This document shows positions 1 through 11,300 of a stretch of 58,047 bases of DNA, piece after piece. The position numbers were made by a program, and so were the translations under genes. The stretch's first letter is position 1, and every line of letters begins with the position of its first letter. This stretch comes from a virus (Duplodnaviria; Caudoviricetes), in the IMG/VR virus record IMGVR_UViG_3300048582_000144, positions 1 through 58,047 of that record; one strand, given 5' to 3'. The notes below the pieces were generated by a model, which saw only the letters and a program-made list of their open reading frames with translations, did not search any database and was not told the DNA's origin.

Positions 1-91
1 CACAAACGATAGAATGGCTTTGGAAAGCCAGCCTCGTAACACCGGCTCTTGCTTGGATAGCCATTCCTCTCCTGGTAAATGTGTCATTTCT

Positions 92-180
92 AGCGAACGC
101 TCAAGTGGAGCTACCGCCGCGCAAGACTCCGAAAAACAAACAGGACGCTTCCGGCGGTTAGCTCTCACGACTTGTTCTCC
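92..180 (-). mobile_element. attC-like recombination site
   Basis: Minus strand: R'' GGAGAAC ... R' GTTCGCT. Arms GTG-GAGCTA-CCGCCG versus GTGAGAGCTAACCGCCG pair with two extra-helical bases and an unpaired R-L spacer. Confidence 0.88.
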
Positions 181-215
181 ATCTTTTGAACCACCAAACA
201 ACACCGAATACACCA

Positions 216-524
216 ATGAAATTCCGTAAGAAACCAGTAATCATCGAAGCGATTCAATTCACGCTCGAAACCATGAATCAGTGCTACAACTTTGTAACGT
301 GCAACCGCGCCGCAGATTGGGGGGACGATGACGGCGAAGGGAACGCTTCGCCGATCCTCAAGATTCAAACTCTCGAAGGAGTGATGACCGCTCAAATTGG
401 AGACTGGATCATCAAAGGAGTGAAGGGCGAGTGCTATCCGTGCAAGCCCGACATATTTGAGCTGACCTACGAGCCAGCAGATTCTTTGGAGAACAGAGAA
501 TTATCCCAACCGAAACCCGAATAA
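216..524 (+). CDS. conserved phage hypothetical protein (KKPV.IEA.Q / TLEG / GDWIIKGVKGE.YPCKPDIF type), cassette-borne
   Basis: Widespread phage motif set. Gene lies between GTTCTCC (174-180) and GGAGAAC (488-494); its stop codon is inside the attI-like site. Confidence 0.8.
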   Translation: MKFRKKPVIIEAIQFTLETMNQCYNFVTCNRAADWGDDDGEGNASPILKIQTLEGVMTAQIGDWIIKGVKGECYPCKPDIFELTYEPADSLENRELSQPKPE

Positions 525-530
525 TTATCC
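488..530 (-). mobile_element. attI-like site 1
   Basis: Minus strand GGATAAT-TCTCT-GTTCTCC (L box, 5-nt spacer, R box) plus a second GGATAAT 24 nt upstream; 492-530 matches 2787-2825 at 36/39 nt; no attC hairpin. Confidence 0.7.
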
Positions 531-535
531 AACCC

Positions 536-2056
536 ATGATCCACAACGACAACTGGGACGACCCAACCGAAGCGCCGGAACTCCAAGCGCCAGCCGCGCC
601 ATCGCCTCAATACCGCCGCGACATCCCCGCCGAGGCCGACGACGTGATGCGAGCCCTGCCGCACGCGCTAGGACCAGAAAAGAGCCTGCTTTCCTCAATG
701 CTCCAGGACCCGCAGGAGTTCATCGGCGTGGCCGCCGAAGAAAAGCTCACGCCCGCGCATTTCTACCTGCCCTCACACGCCACGCTCTACGGAGTTCTCG
801 TTGAACTGTTCGAGTCCGGGCAGGAGATCGAATTGGTGAGCATGATTCAAAAACTCATCGACCGCGGCCTACTCGACCGCATTGGAGGACCTGCCACGCT
901 GACCGACCTCTACACGTATTCACCCAGCCCCGGCTATTTCCGCCACCACCTCCAGCACGTCAAAGACAAGTTCGTCCTCCGGTCGATCATCCAGAGATCC
1001 AACGAGGCCATCGCGCAAGCCTACGACCAGCCCGACGAGGTGGCCGAACTCCTCGACCAGACAGAGGCCGCCATCCTCGCCATCCGCGAGACACAGGAAA
1101 CCCGCATTACAACTAGCCTGAAGGCCACTGTGGACGAGTGCCTCGATGACATTCGCCGGATCATCGAGGGTGACAAGGAAGCCAATGGTATCTCAACCGG
1201 ATTTGAAGTGCTGGACCATCTTGGGTGCTACCTGAAGCCAGCGGAGATGTTCGTGATCGCCGCCCGGCCGTCGATGGGGAAGACATCGCTCATGATGAAC
1301 ATCGTGGAACACCTCGCCATCGGAGAGTCCCGCCGGGGAATGGTTTTCAGCGTGGAGATGCGAAAGAAGCAGCTCGTGCAAAACCTTATCAACTCACGCG
1401 CCAAGTTCAATCTGGCCGCTGTCACGCGCGGACAGGTCGCCAACAAAGGCGACCTCCAGAGGATCCAGCGGGCGTCCATCGAAATCGCATCCGCTCACGC
1501 GAACCTGATCATCGACGACCGATCAGAACTCTCCATCGGCCAACTCCGAGCCGCCGCCCGCCGCGAGCACCGCAAGGCTCCGCTCCAATGGATCGCCATC
1601 GACTACCTCCAGCTCATGAAGAGCGGGTCCCGCCAATCCCGGGACAACAGAGAGCGCGAGGTTGCAGAAATCTCCGCCGGCATCAAATCCGTCTGCAAGG
1701 AACTCGGAATCCCGGCCATCGTCCTCGCCCAGCTCAACCGCGGACCTGAAGGACGGACAGGGAAGAACCTCGGGAAACCTCGCATGAGTGACCTCCGCGA
1801 GTCGGGAGCGCTTGAACAGGACGCCGACATGATCGGCCTGCTTTACCGAGAGGCATACTACGCCGCCGACGAGGAGGCAAAAGAAGCCGCCCAGGGTGTC
1901 GCACAGCTCGACCTAGCGAAGAACCGGAACGGAGCCACAGGCACCGCACCACTGACATTCATCGCGGAACTCATGCGCTTTGAGTCAGGGCACCCAGCCA
2001 AAGAACAACCCGACATGTTTGCACCCAAGACCGCCAAGAACCGATTAGACGACTGA
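536..2056 (+). CDS. dnaB: replicative DNA helicase
   Basis: LPH..PE N-terminal domain, Walker A AARPSMGKT, IDYLQLM, LAQLNR, SDLRESGALEQDAD, KNRNG. Confidence 0.97.
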   Translation: MIHNDNWDDPTEAPELQAPAAPSPQYRRDIPAEADDVMRALPHALGPEKSLLSSMLQDPQEFIGVAAEEKLTPAHFYLPSHATLYGVLVELFESGQEIELVSMIQKLIDRGLLDRIGGPATLTDLYTYSPSPGYFRHHLQHVKDKFVLRSIIQRSNEAIAQAYDQPDEVAELLDQTEAAILAIRETQETRITTSLKATVDECLDDIRRIIEGDKEANGISTGFEVLDHLGCYLKPAEMFVIAARPSMGKTSLMMNIVEHLAIGESRRGMVFSVEMRKKQLVQNLINSRAKFNLAAVTRGQVANKGDLQRIQRASIEIASAHANLIIDDRSELSIGQLRAAARREHRKAPLQWIAIDYLQLMKSGSRQSRDNREREVAEISAGIKSVCKELGIPAIVLAQLNRGPEGRTGKNLGKPRMSDLRESGALEQDADMIGLLYREAYYAADEEAKEAAQGVAQLDLAKNRNGATGTAPLTFIAELMRFESGHPAKEQPDMFAPKTAKNRLDD

Positions 2057-2060
2057 AACC

Positions 2061-2396
2061 ATGAAAACGAACCTTTGCAACAACCTCGCAGACCTCGCCG
2101 CCGTCCAGGCATCGCGCCGGCGCAACTGGACCAACGGCACGCCCGCCGACCCAGCGATGGAGGAGCGCCACCAAATTGAAATTGCGGACATCCGCGCAAA
2201 ACTTTCGGCCCACGAGAATCAGGTCTCGCAGGGAACCTCCGAACCCCCGCCCGCTCTCACGACACCATCGGGTGGTTGCGTGAGAGCGGCGGGTAAATTT
2301 CTCCGAAGGGCATTCCGGCGATTCTGGAACGCAGAGGTATCCCACGGAGACCGAGAGCGCCAGCCCGATACTCGCTCAACCCACAATCAACCCTAA
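2061..2396 (+). CDS. hypothetical protein ending inside an attC-like site
   Basis: Starts 4 nt after the dnaB stop; crosses AAC 2328-2330 in frame; stop is in the attC loop. Confidence 0.55.
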   Translation: MKTNLCNNLADLAAVQASRRRNWTNGTPADPAMEERHQIEIADIRAKLSAHENQVSQGTSEPPPALTTPSGGCVRAAGKFLRRAFRRFWNAEVSHGDRERQPDTRSTHNQP

Positions 2397-2444
2397 AACT
2401 CAACAGCAAGGCGGGTCTCCGTTGGGATGACCGTCTTGTTAGCC
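2324..2444 (-). mobile_element. attC-like recombination site
   Basis: R'' GGCTAAC ... R' GTTCCAG. Arms GGT-ATCCCA-CGGAGACC versus GGTCATCCCAACGGAGACC; extra-helical G and T on the + (bottom) strand. Confidence 0.9.
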
Positions 2445-2456
2445 TTCTTCTGAATT

Positions 2457-2819
2457 ATGAAAACGCACCGAATAGAAGAAATCCCAAGCGGATTCGATTA
2501 CTACACCACGTCCGAGCTTGATGAATACGACATCAAGAAAATTCCCAACAACGTGGAAGAACTTTGGTATTGGTATGCCTCTGCGCCATACGAAGGAACC
2601 GGACATGTGCTGATGCGGACGGATGACGGATTGTGGCACCATCACGATTGCGGACACTGCTCTTGCTACGGGCCGACCGAACGGATCAGCACAGAAGAAG
2701 GGCAACCGCTTGCCGATCTTTTGGCGCGATGCACTGGTGACTTGCTCAAAGAGTTGAAGCCGCTCACCGAGGCAATTTCTCTGGCTAACAGAGAATTATC
2801 CCGACCCGAACCCGAATAA
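2457..2819 (+). CDS. phage hypothetical protein (YEG.G ... HCSCYGP motif), cassette-borne
   Basis: Gene lies between GTTAGCC (2438-2444) and GGCTAAC (2783-2789); its stop codon is inside the attI-like site. Confidence 0.78.
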   Translation: MKTHRIEEIPSGFDYYTTSELDEYDIKKIPNNVEELWYWYASAPYEGTGHVLMRTDDGLWHHHDCGHCSCYGPTERISTEEGQPLADLLARCTGDLLKELKPLTEAISLANRELSRPEPE

Positions 2820-2825
2820 TTATCC
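2783..2825 (-). mobile_element. attI-like site 2
   Basis: Minus strand GGATAAT-TCTCT-GTTAGCC plus an upstream GGATAAT repeat; near-identical to site 1. Confidence 0.7.
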
Positions 2826-2833
2826 CGCCCCAC

Positions 2834-2866
2834 AGCCCCGCCCTGCACCCCAGGACGGGGCTTTTT
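2834..2866 (+). terminator. intrinsic terminator closing the replication/cassette operon
   Basis: AGCCCCG...CGGGGCT stem with inner CCTG/CAGG pairing, followed by a T run. Confidence 0.75.
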
Positions 2867-2878
2867 CGCGCCCACACG

Positions 2879-2918
2879 TTGCGCCCGTATATGAAGGCTC
2901 GACACCGCCTTATAAAAT
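2879..2918 (+). promoter_or_regulatory. putative late promoter (TTGCGCCCGT box) upstream of small terminase
   Basis: TTGCGCCCGTAT at 2879; TATAAAAT at 2911-2918. Confidence 0.65.
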
Positions 2919-2957
2919 CTTGCGAAGCCGAACAGGTGAGAAACCGTCCGTAATACC

Positions 2958-3473
2958 ATGAAATCCACATCGAAGCCAGCGACGACCAAGAAAGGGAAGA
3001 CTCCGCCGCCCAAGAAAGCCGCCACCAAACGGGCAAAGAGCGGGGCCGGAAAAGAGCGTCGATTGACCGTACAACACGAACGGTTTGCAGAGCTGGTGGT
3101 TGCGGGCGAAAGCGACACCCGAGCCTACATCAAGTCTGGATGCGGGAAGACAATGGCCAGCGCAGAAAAGAACGCTTGGCGAGTGAGGGAAATTGAGGGA
3201 GTTAAAAACAGGATTGCCGAACTCAGGAAGCCGCAGACCAAGAAAACCCTGATGTCCAAGGACATGAAGCGGGGGATTGCCATGGAGATCGCCAGCAATC
3301 CGGCGAAGTCGGACATGGCGAGAATTCGGGCGATGGAACTGGATGCCAAGCTCGCCGGACACTTCGAACCCGACCGGGTGGAAGTCGAGACCGGCCCCTA
3401 CACGCTGGAAAGCATCCGAGAGAGAGCGAAGACGGTGGCAAGCCTGATGTCCCTCGCCCACACCGTGCAATGA
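2958..3473 (+). CDS. terS: terminase small subunit
   Basis: LT.QHERFAELVV.G....AY HTH motif; overlaps the start of the large terminase. Confidence 0.85.
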   Translation: MKSTSKPATTKKGKTPPPKKAATKRAKSGAGKERRLTVQHERFAELVVAGESDTRAYIKSGCGKTMASAEKNAWRVREIEGVKNRIAELRKPQTKKTLMSKDMKRGIAMEIASNPAKSDMARIRAMELDAKLAGHFEPDRVEVETGPYTLESIRERAKTVASLMSLAHTVQ

Positions 3474-5284
3474 CGGCAGCCGAGACAGTCGCCCGGTATG
3501 CACGCGGGCTGCGAGAAGCCAGCGAAGACGAGATCATGGCTATGGCCCTGAACTCGCCGGCCGTTCACTTCTCCTGCTTCATGGAGATCCGCAACAAGGC
3601 CAACCAGCGGATACAGCCGACCCCGAACATCCTCCAGCTTCGCATGAGCGAGGCTTACGAGACGCTTCGAGACCTGGGCGTGAAGGTCCGCATCATCGTG
3701 GTAAAGCCCCGTCAGGTAGGTTGCAGCTCGTTCGCGTCCTACATCCTGTATCACCACGGGATGCGCGACCCTATTGAGGGAATCAGCATCTCCGACGTTA
3801 AAAAGCACTCGTCGGAGATCATGGACAAGCTGGAAGAGTATGCCGGGGCCGACCGCTACCCGTGGGGGCACCGGATGATCCAATCGTCCACTCACTCGCT
3901 CGAATGGAGCAACGGCACCAAATGGACGGTGGACTCAGCCGAGAACCCGGACGCCGGCGTCGGTGGCACCCGGCAAGGCGGGCACTTCTCGGAGGTTGCC
4001 AAGTGGCCGCAGACGCTCACCCGCAATGATGCGAAAACCATGTCCGCTGTTCTCCCGTCACTCTCCGGCGAGGGATCGGTGGTGTTCGCGGAATCCACGC
4101 CGGAAGGGGCGCAAGGCTGGCTGTATTCCACCTACCTCGAAGCCGTTACCCTCGAACAGTTCCTTGCCAACTGGAAAGCCGGGATACGTCCATCCGAACA
4201 GTGGGTCAAAGTTTTTGCAGCCTGGCACGAGTTCGCCGAGCACTCGAAGCCTGTCTCGGATTACGAGCGGAACCAGATTCTCGAAACGCTGGACGCGACC
4301 GAGAGCGAGGGCATGGCAAAGCACGGATGGACGGTTGAACAGTTGGCTTGGAGGAGGGAGACGATCAAAGCGGTTTGTAACGGCGACCCAAAGACGTTCG
4401 CCTTCTACTACCCCACCGATGACGTTTCGTGCTGGCTGCACTCAGGGACACCGCGTTTCGACCTCGCCAAGCTCGCCGACTGGAAACACCGAGCCGAGAC
4501 CATCCAGCCGGATCGAGGGTTCTTGGTCAAACAGGACACCGGGCACATCCTTTGGCAGCGCATGCGCGACGGAACCGGCGACATCGAAATGTGGGAGGAC
4601 CCGAAGGAAGGCATGGCCTACCTGATCGCCTGCGACCCGGCCACCGGGAAGAGCCAGACGAAAACCGCAGACCCGGACGCCACCAGCATCCTCGTTCTCC
4701 GCGGGAAATACTACGACCCGGACCTGCAACGGACGTTCCCGACGCGCGTTGTCGCCCGGGTGAAAGCCCCGTTCTTCGAGGACGACGACGTGGTCGGCAT
4801 GTATATCGACCGACTCAGCAGGTATTTCGGGCGCTGCATTTGCGCCCTCGAAGTCAATCAAGGGTGGGGAGTGCTCCGCGTGCTCAAGGACGCCAGCGTG
4901 CCGTTGTATAAGCGCATCGTGGAAAATTTGAAGACGAAGCAGACCGAGGAGCAATTCGGATTCAAGCTCGACGACAAGAACCAACGCCGGATGCTCATCG
5001 ACGGGCTCGCCGCCGCTCTCCGCACCGAAGAACTGGACATCCCATGCCCTCACGTCCTGCACCAGCTTATGAAATTCGTGAGGAAACCGAACGGGAGGGC
5101 CGAGGCTGCGCCGGGAGAGCATGACGACGATTGCATGAGTTTGGCTATGGGATGGGAATGTATCCCGATGGCCACCGTGTTTACCCGCCGGGTGGTCCGC
5201 GACGTTGATCCGCCGGACATGGCCAAGCCGGGGCGGAGGCAAAGCGGATGGCGAGTTGTGAACGCCGTGAAACGGAAGTGGTGA
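3470..5284 (+). CDS. terL: terminase large subunit
   Basis: VKPRQVGCS Walker A, HFSEVAKW Walker B, ESTPEG coupling motif, IACDPATG and HDDDCMSLAM nuclease motifs. Confidence 0.92.
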   Translation: MTAAETVARYARGLREASEDEIMAMALNSPAVHFSCFMEIRNKANQRIQPTPNILQLRMSEAYETLRDLGVKVRIIVVKPRQVGCSSFASYILYHHGMRDPIEGISISDVKKHSSEIMDKLEEYAGADRYPWGHRMIQSSTHSLEWSNGTKWTVDSAENPDAGVGGTRQGGHFSEVAKWPQTLTRNDAKTMSAVLPSLSGEGSVVFAESTPEGAQGWLYSTYLEAVTLEQFLANWKAGIRPSEQWVKVFAAWHEFAEHSKPVSDYERNQILETLDATESEGMAKHGWTVEQLAWRRETIKAVCNGDPKTFAFYYPTDDVSCWLHSGTPRFDLAKLADWKHRAETIQPDRGFLVKQDTGHILWQRMRDGTGDIEMWEDPKEGMAYLIACDPATGKSQTKTADPDATSILVLRGKYYDPDLQRTFPTRVVARVKAPFFEDDDVVGMYIDRLSRYFGRCICALEVNQGWGVLRVLKDASVPLYKRIVENLKTKQTEEQFGFKLDDKNQRRMLIDGLAAALRTEELDIPCPHVLHQLMKFVRKPNGRAEAAPGEHDDDCMSLAMGWECIPMATVFTRRVVRDVDPPDMAKPGRRQSGWRVVNAVKRKW

Positions 5285-5291
5285 TCCCTCA

Positions 5292-5329
5292 TTGCGCCCG
5301 TATTTCCCGCGTGATCCGTCGCGCAAGAT
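5292..5329 (+). promoter_or_regulatory. putative late promoter upstream of the giant protein gene
   Basis: TTGCGCCCGTATTTC at 5292; CAAGAT starts 32 nt after the box start. Confidence 0.65.
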
Positions 5330-5335
5330 GCGGGC

Positions 5336-8300
5336 ATGAGCAGCCGCTTTCGCACCCAGACCGGAGTCGAGGACTATCTTTCCAAATTCAAGGCATCCAC
5401 CGCCACCGCCGACCAACAGTCATCCGAGGCCACCGGAGAGCGGGCGCAAGCCGCGTTCGATGCGAGCGCCATGGACAAGGAGCGCCAGCAGCAGCAGGCC
5501 GCCGCCGATGCCCAAGCGAAAGCCGCCCAACGTCAGGCAGACGCGCAGCGCAGGGCCGCCCTCGCGCAAGAGGATGCCCAGCAGGACCTTCGATCCATCC
5601 AGATCGAGCAGCAGCGCCTCACCATCGAGCCGGATTACAAGGCAGCCAGCGATGCCCACGCCCGAGCAAAGGCAGCCCGCGACAAGTTTGCAGACGACCA
5701 GATCGAGCAAAGCGGGGATTTCTGGGTGAGGAAGGACGCCAAGACGGGCGGTATCACGCCGCTGTCAGCGCAGGAGGCGCAGGCCAGGAAGGACGCTCGC
5801 AGGGACGCCGAGAACGCTTTTGCCGAGGAAGAGAAGCGATTCCAGCCCAAGAATCAGGAATGGGAAGCGCTCCAAGCCGCCCGCCGGAAGGCCGAGTTCG
5901 ACCGGCTGAAGATCCAAGAGCGCAGACTGATGGAGAAGGCGGGACTCTCGCCGCAGCAGCAGGACCCGACCGCGGCAGTCACCCCCGAGAACCTGCCAGC
6001 CCCGACGAACGCCACGGAATCCCGCATGCGGTTCTACGCGGACCAGCAACAGGCACGGATGAACACCTACGCGGACCAGCAGGGACGCCCGCGCACCGTC
6101 TCGCCGCTGACCGCGAACCTCGTCAGGCTGGAGATGCAGAAGCGAGCCATCGAGGCCCGCGCCAAGCTCGGAGACATCGCACCCGAGGAAGCCGCAGCGA
6201 AGATCGAGGCGGCCACCACGAAGCAAGCCCAACTCACCGAGCAGGCGAAGGAGCAGGCTCGGACCAGTCTCACAGCGAAGCTCCAAGGGCAGGATCCGGC
6301 GGCCATCGCCGCGGCACCGCCAAAGCCCGCGCCCCGCGAAGCACTCTCCAAGGCGCTGCAAGAGGCGAAGCTGTTCAGTTCTGCCACCGCCGCGATGGGA
6401 CAAGCCACGGACAAAGGCATCCGGCGCAGGCCAGACGGCAACTGGGACCTACCGGCCATGACCCCGCAGCGTGACAACATCATTGAGGCAGCGGTGGGCG
6501 GGATTGTGCAGACCGTCGCCCAAAAGTCCGGTGCCCGTCTCGACTTCGCCGGCATGGGTGACGAGCAGCAGGCAATCCAAGCCGTGTTCCACAAGTTCCA
6601 GCAGGACAACAACCTCAGCGACGAAGAGGTGCAGGCGGCATGGGCCGACCTTGGTAACATCAATCGCAAGTTCGGCAAGGACGAGACCCACCGCGTGCTG
6701 TCCGATGGCTCGCTCCACATCAACGAGGCGAATACCGCATGGCTCGACCCCAACAAGGCCCGCGGCATCATCGCCCGCGCCAAGACCACGCCGGAGGCCA
6801 AGCGCCAGGCGGAAGCCAGACTGCCAGAAAGGCAGGAGACCATGGCCAAAGCCAAGGCCGAGGCCTACGACATGGCATCGGGGGCCAACGTGTTCGGCAA
6901 CGACGTTCCCGCGTTCTCTTCATTCGCCAAGAAGCAAGGCGGGGACCTGCCCGCGGCGGTCAAGGCCTACGAAGACAGGTATCTCAACAAGCGCGGGAAA
7001 GGCCAGATCAAGCTCGACGAGTGGGAAGCGGCATGGACCGCAGGCAAAATGAACGTCATCGAGACTGTTCTAGGCCTTGCCGGAATGGCCGGCATCGAGC
7101 CAGCCAGCCAGGGAGCCGCCGCGTTCTCCGAAGCATCCCAAGGCATCAAGACCGGCGCAGGAGCGGATGGCATCGACTCCGCTGTCATCGAGCAAATCCC
7201 AGCACTTGGAATGCAAGTAGGCCTTGCCCGTGGAGCCGGTGCCGTCGTTGGCGCGGCAACCAAGTCAGCAAAGGCAGCCCAAGCCGCAGGATCCGTCACC
7301 GCCGTTGTGACATCGGGAGCACAATCGGCCGGCATGACCTACGCCGACGAGCGGGCGAACGGAACATCTCACGAAGAGGCACAGGAGAAAGCCCGCAAAT
7401 CCGGCATCAACACCGCGGTCATCACCGGAATTTTCCAAGTGGCAGGCCTAGGAGGCGTCGAGAAGGTCGCCGCTGGCAAGGCCGTTGGTGAAGTGACAAT
7501 GCGCGACATCCTTGGATCCACCACGAAGGCAGAGCTTGCCACCAACACCCGGAGATTTGCCGCGAACGTGCTGAAGGCAACCGCGGGCGAGGCGACGGAA
7601 GAGGGCATCGACGAACTCACCCAAGCGTTCATCATCGCCGACCCCGACACCAACCTCGCCGACGCATGGGGCAATGCCATCGAGGCCGCCAAGATCGGTG
7701 GATTGATCGGTGGAGTCGTGGAGACCGGATCAAAGGCCGTTGGATCAGGCACCACCCCCGAGCAGCGCCACCAGCAGCAGCTCGCCAGCATCGCCCAGAG
7801 GATCCAGACCGATGCCGTCAACCCGGACCTTGTGGCCGATGCCATTGCCGAGATTGACCCGACCGAGCGCGTTCCCACCCCGGACGAACTCAAAGAAGCC
7901 CGCCAGCTTGTCGCCCCGGACCAGGACGCATTCCGCAACCACCAGAAGCAGGCCGAAGCATACAAGGCCGCCGTCGCCGCGAAGGATTGGAAAGGTGCCC
8001 GCGCCATCGACGAAGCGATGCAAGCCGCATTCCCCGACACAGAGACCAACACCGTGCGGGACACTGCCGATGCCGTGCTTCTCGTCAGGGAGCTTGGAGA
8101 ACAGGACGTTGTAACGAAGGACGCTTTTAACCAAGCCCAGGCCGCATTCAACGAGGCGATGGTTTCCGGCGACCGGGAGGCGAAGGCAATGGCCGGCCCG
8201 GAACTCGCAGCCGCTCGAAGCGCCAGGCAAGCACACCTTCAAACTCGCGCGGCCGTCAAGATCGCCAGCGGCATGGAGATCACCGCCCTGACCGATGCCG

Positions 8301-11300
8301 AAGCCCGTGCCATGGGATTCACCCGCGAAGCCGATGGTGGGCTCGCCCCGATGAAGGCCAAGGAGCTTGCCGACAATGGACTGACCGCCCCACTCATGCG
8401 CCCCGCCGCCGATGGCTCCGCGATCCTCACCGACGACGTGGTTGCCACCGTCCGCGCCACCAGCGAGCGCGCCGGCCGCCGCGTGAAGCTCAACGAGCAA
8501 GAAGCCGCGGACCTCGCCCAGAAACGATTTGATGCAGCCAATACCCCACCACCCGCCACCAATGAGCAAGACCAACAAGGACAAAGCCAAGCAGCACCAT
8601 CTCCCCAAGCTCCACAATCCACACCCACCAGTTCGGAATCACCGGGTGGAACTGTTCGAGATGGAACCGGACAGCCCGCCGCAGCATCTTCAGATGGAGC
8701 CGGAGTTGCACCGGAGGCGGCGGTTCAAGAGGTAGAAGACCCGTTCGAGCCGACAGCCGAGGACGAAGCGGCGTTGTTGGCGGAATTGGAAGCGGAGATG
8801 GCGGGAGAGGACGTTGATGTTAACGAAAGCCCGGTTTCTGCAACACAAGAGCCGGAAGCGTCAACGGATGCACCACAAGCGCCGACTCCAGAACCCACCC
8901 GAGCAACCCCGGAATCCATCCGATCCGCCAAGCAGGTTCAAGCCAACATCCAGGCCGCCGTTCCTCGCCTCAAAGGCAAGGTGACCACGCAGGACGGCAC
9001 CCGGCCATCCGGCGGAGTCTTCATTGGCCTCGACGGACGCATGACCATCTCCCCCCGAGACATCGCCGGCGAGATGCAGCGCAATGGGTGGGACGAGGCC
9101 ACAGCCACCCGCATCCTCACCGACCTTGCCGTCAGCCACGAGGTTGCACACATCGCCCAGGTGGATGCACTCCGCGCCCGATGGAAGGAAGAGAAGCCCC
9201 GCATGTCCTTCGAGACATACTTCCTGAAGTTCTACGGCGAGCAATACGCCGAGATGGGAGGAAAGGGAGGCCAGATCGACATCGAGGCTGCCAACATCTA
9301 CGACCCGACCGCAGGGAACCCGCAATGGCAGTCACTCAGCGCCGGCCAGAAGGGAGCGGAGATTTTCCGCATGTTCCTCGAAAACAAGCTCACCGGCACC
9401 ACCAGCGAGCTTTCCCGCGAGATCGAGCGGCAGGGAGTGACGAAGGGATTCATCCAGCTCATCAAGGACGCCATCGCCTACCTGAAAGGCGTGATCGACA
9501 CCCTCCCCGACCAAGCAAAAGCCCACCTCGAGGAACTCGAAGCGTTCTATCGCGAACTCACCCTTTCCCCCGCGTCTCAAAGTGACACAACACCGACGCC
9601 CGAAGAGGCCATCACACCAGACGCCGGGGAATCCCCTTCCAAGCCAGCCAAGAAGCAGATCGACAGCCCCGCCCGCCGCGAGGCGTTCCGCCTGCTTCGC
9701 TCCGGGGAGCTGATCGTCATCGACAAGATCATCGGCGGCAAGATACAGGCCCCGCCCACGGGCATGCTCAAGATCGCCAAAGCGGCCCTCGAAACCGGTA
9801 AGGCCACCCAGAAGCAGCGAGACATGCTGGATTTCTGGGACAACGCCGGATTCAACCAATACATCCCGAAATACGCATTCGGCACCGACTTCAACGGGAA
9901 GGTCGCGCAGGAGCTTCATGGCATGCTCTTCACCCAGGACAAGAGCAACACCGCCTTGGACGATTGGGCAGGACTGCTTGGCGACAAGCTGACCAACGAC
10001 GAAGCCATGCTGGAAGTCATGGGGGAACTCACCCGGATTTCCAAGGGCATCACCACCGAGACCGACGCCCGCAACCCGAACAAGGAGGAGGCAGCACCCG
10101 AGGAGATCGCCGCGGCAGAAGCCGAGGCCAAGGCAGGGAAGAAGGAAGGGACCACACAGGCGAAGCAGGATAAAGCATTCGACGCCGCCCAAGCCAACCC
10201 GAGCGATGCCGCCATTGGCATGGATGCGGCAGACTTCAGCCCTGACATGATCGGCGGGACCATCACCGTGGACGGCGAGCCGATGCTTGTTGCCGACGTT
10301 GAGACGGATTCGATGGGAATCACCACTGCGGTTGTCTTGCAGAACGGCAAGCGGTTCGGGCGGCAGGTTCTCGAAGACGGCGAGGTTGTGTTTGTGGAAG
10401 AGGACGCGCCGGAGGTGGAGGCGGAACCCGTTGACGATCAGGTGCGCGCCGAAGAATCAACGCCGGTTGATGAAACGCCAAGCCCGGTTGAGGAAACTGC
10501 TGCCGAGAAGTTCGATAGAGAGCTTCGCGCAGAACGCCGTGCCGAGCGACTGGAAATGATGCAGCGGCCCATTGCACAGCAGTCTCCGAAAGTCTGGTAT
10601 GACGAGGAAGCCGCCAAACGTGGGATCGGCCCCGACGAACTCACCGCTGACGAGATCCGAGTTTACAAGGGCATGTGGAACAGTGCCCGAAAGGCCGCTC
10701 TAGCCAAGAACGAGCCGGTTATCGACAACATGCAGGACGACGGGAAGCCGCCAAAGAAAGGCTACGTTCGGCGCGGCGACATCTGGTATCCGCCAACTCA
10801 GAAGCCCGCCTCTCCAGGAAAATCAGTCGAAAACCTGATTCAAGAATACCGGAAGATCCTTCCCGACTGGAGATCCAAAGAAGACACCGATGACGACATC
10901 AAGTTCGCCATGCGAACGATCAAGAGACTAGCAAAGCCAGATGTAAACCAGAAGGCAGCGACCGAGGCATTGAAGCTGATTCCAGAGTTCGGGACCGATG
11001 CCCCGCTCTACCACCTTGGGTTGAAGGACGTGCCCAAAACCAAAACGGAATGGATGCCCGACGTGAGCAAGCGGACAAGCCCGCTCGACAAGGAGGACTT
11101 CCTTCAGGAGATGAAGGACTTTCTCGCTCCTCCCAAGAAGCCCGACCTGCCCTCGCCAATTACCTACATGCAGCTCAACGCCAGATTCCGGGGCGTCGAT
11201 ATGCCCAAGGACATCACCGCGAGATACAACAAGGTTTACAACCGACTTGGCGCGAAGGGTATCCAGTGGCTCGCCAACACGATCCGCCGGGACGCAAAGT

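Noticed and set aside
2245-2293. Hairpin CCCGCCCGCTCTCACG...CGTGAGAGCGGCGGG as an eleventh attC
   Set aside because: It is preceded by AAC but has no GTT at the required distance and no matching cassette core; kept only as an unexplained hairpin or decayed site.
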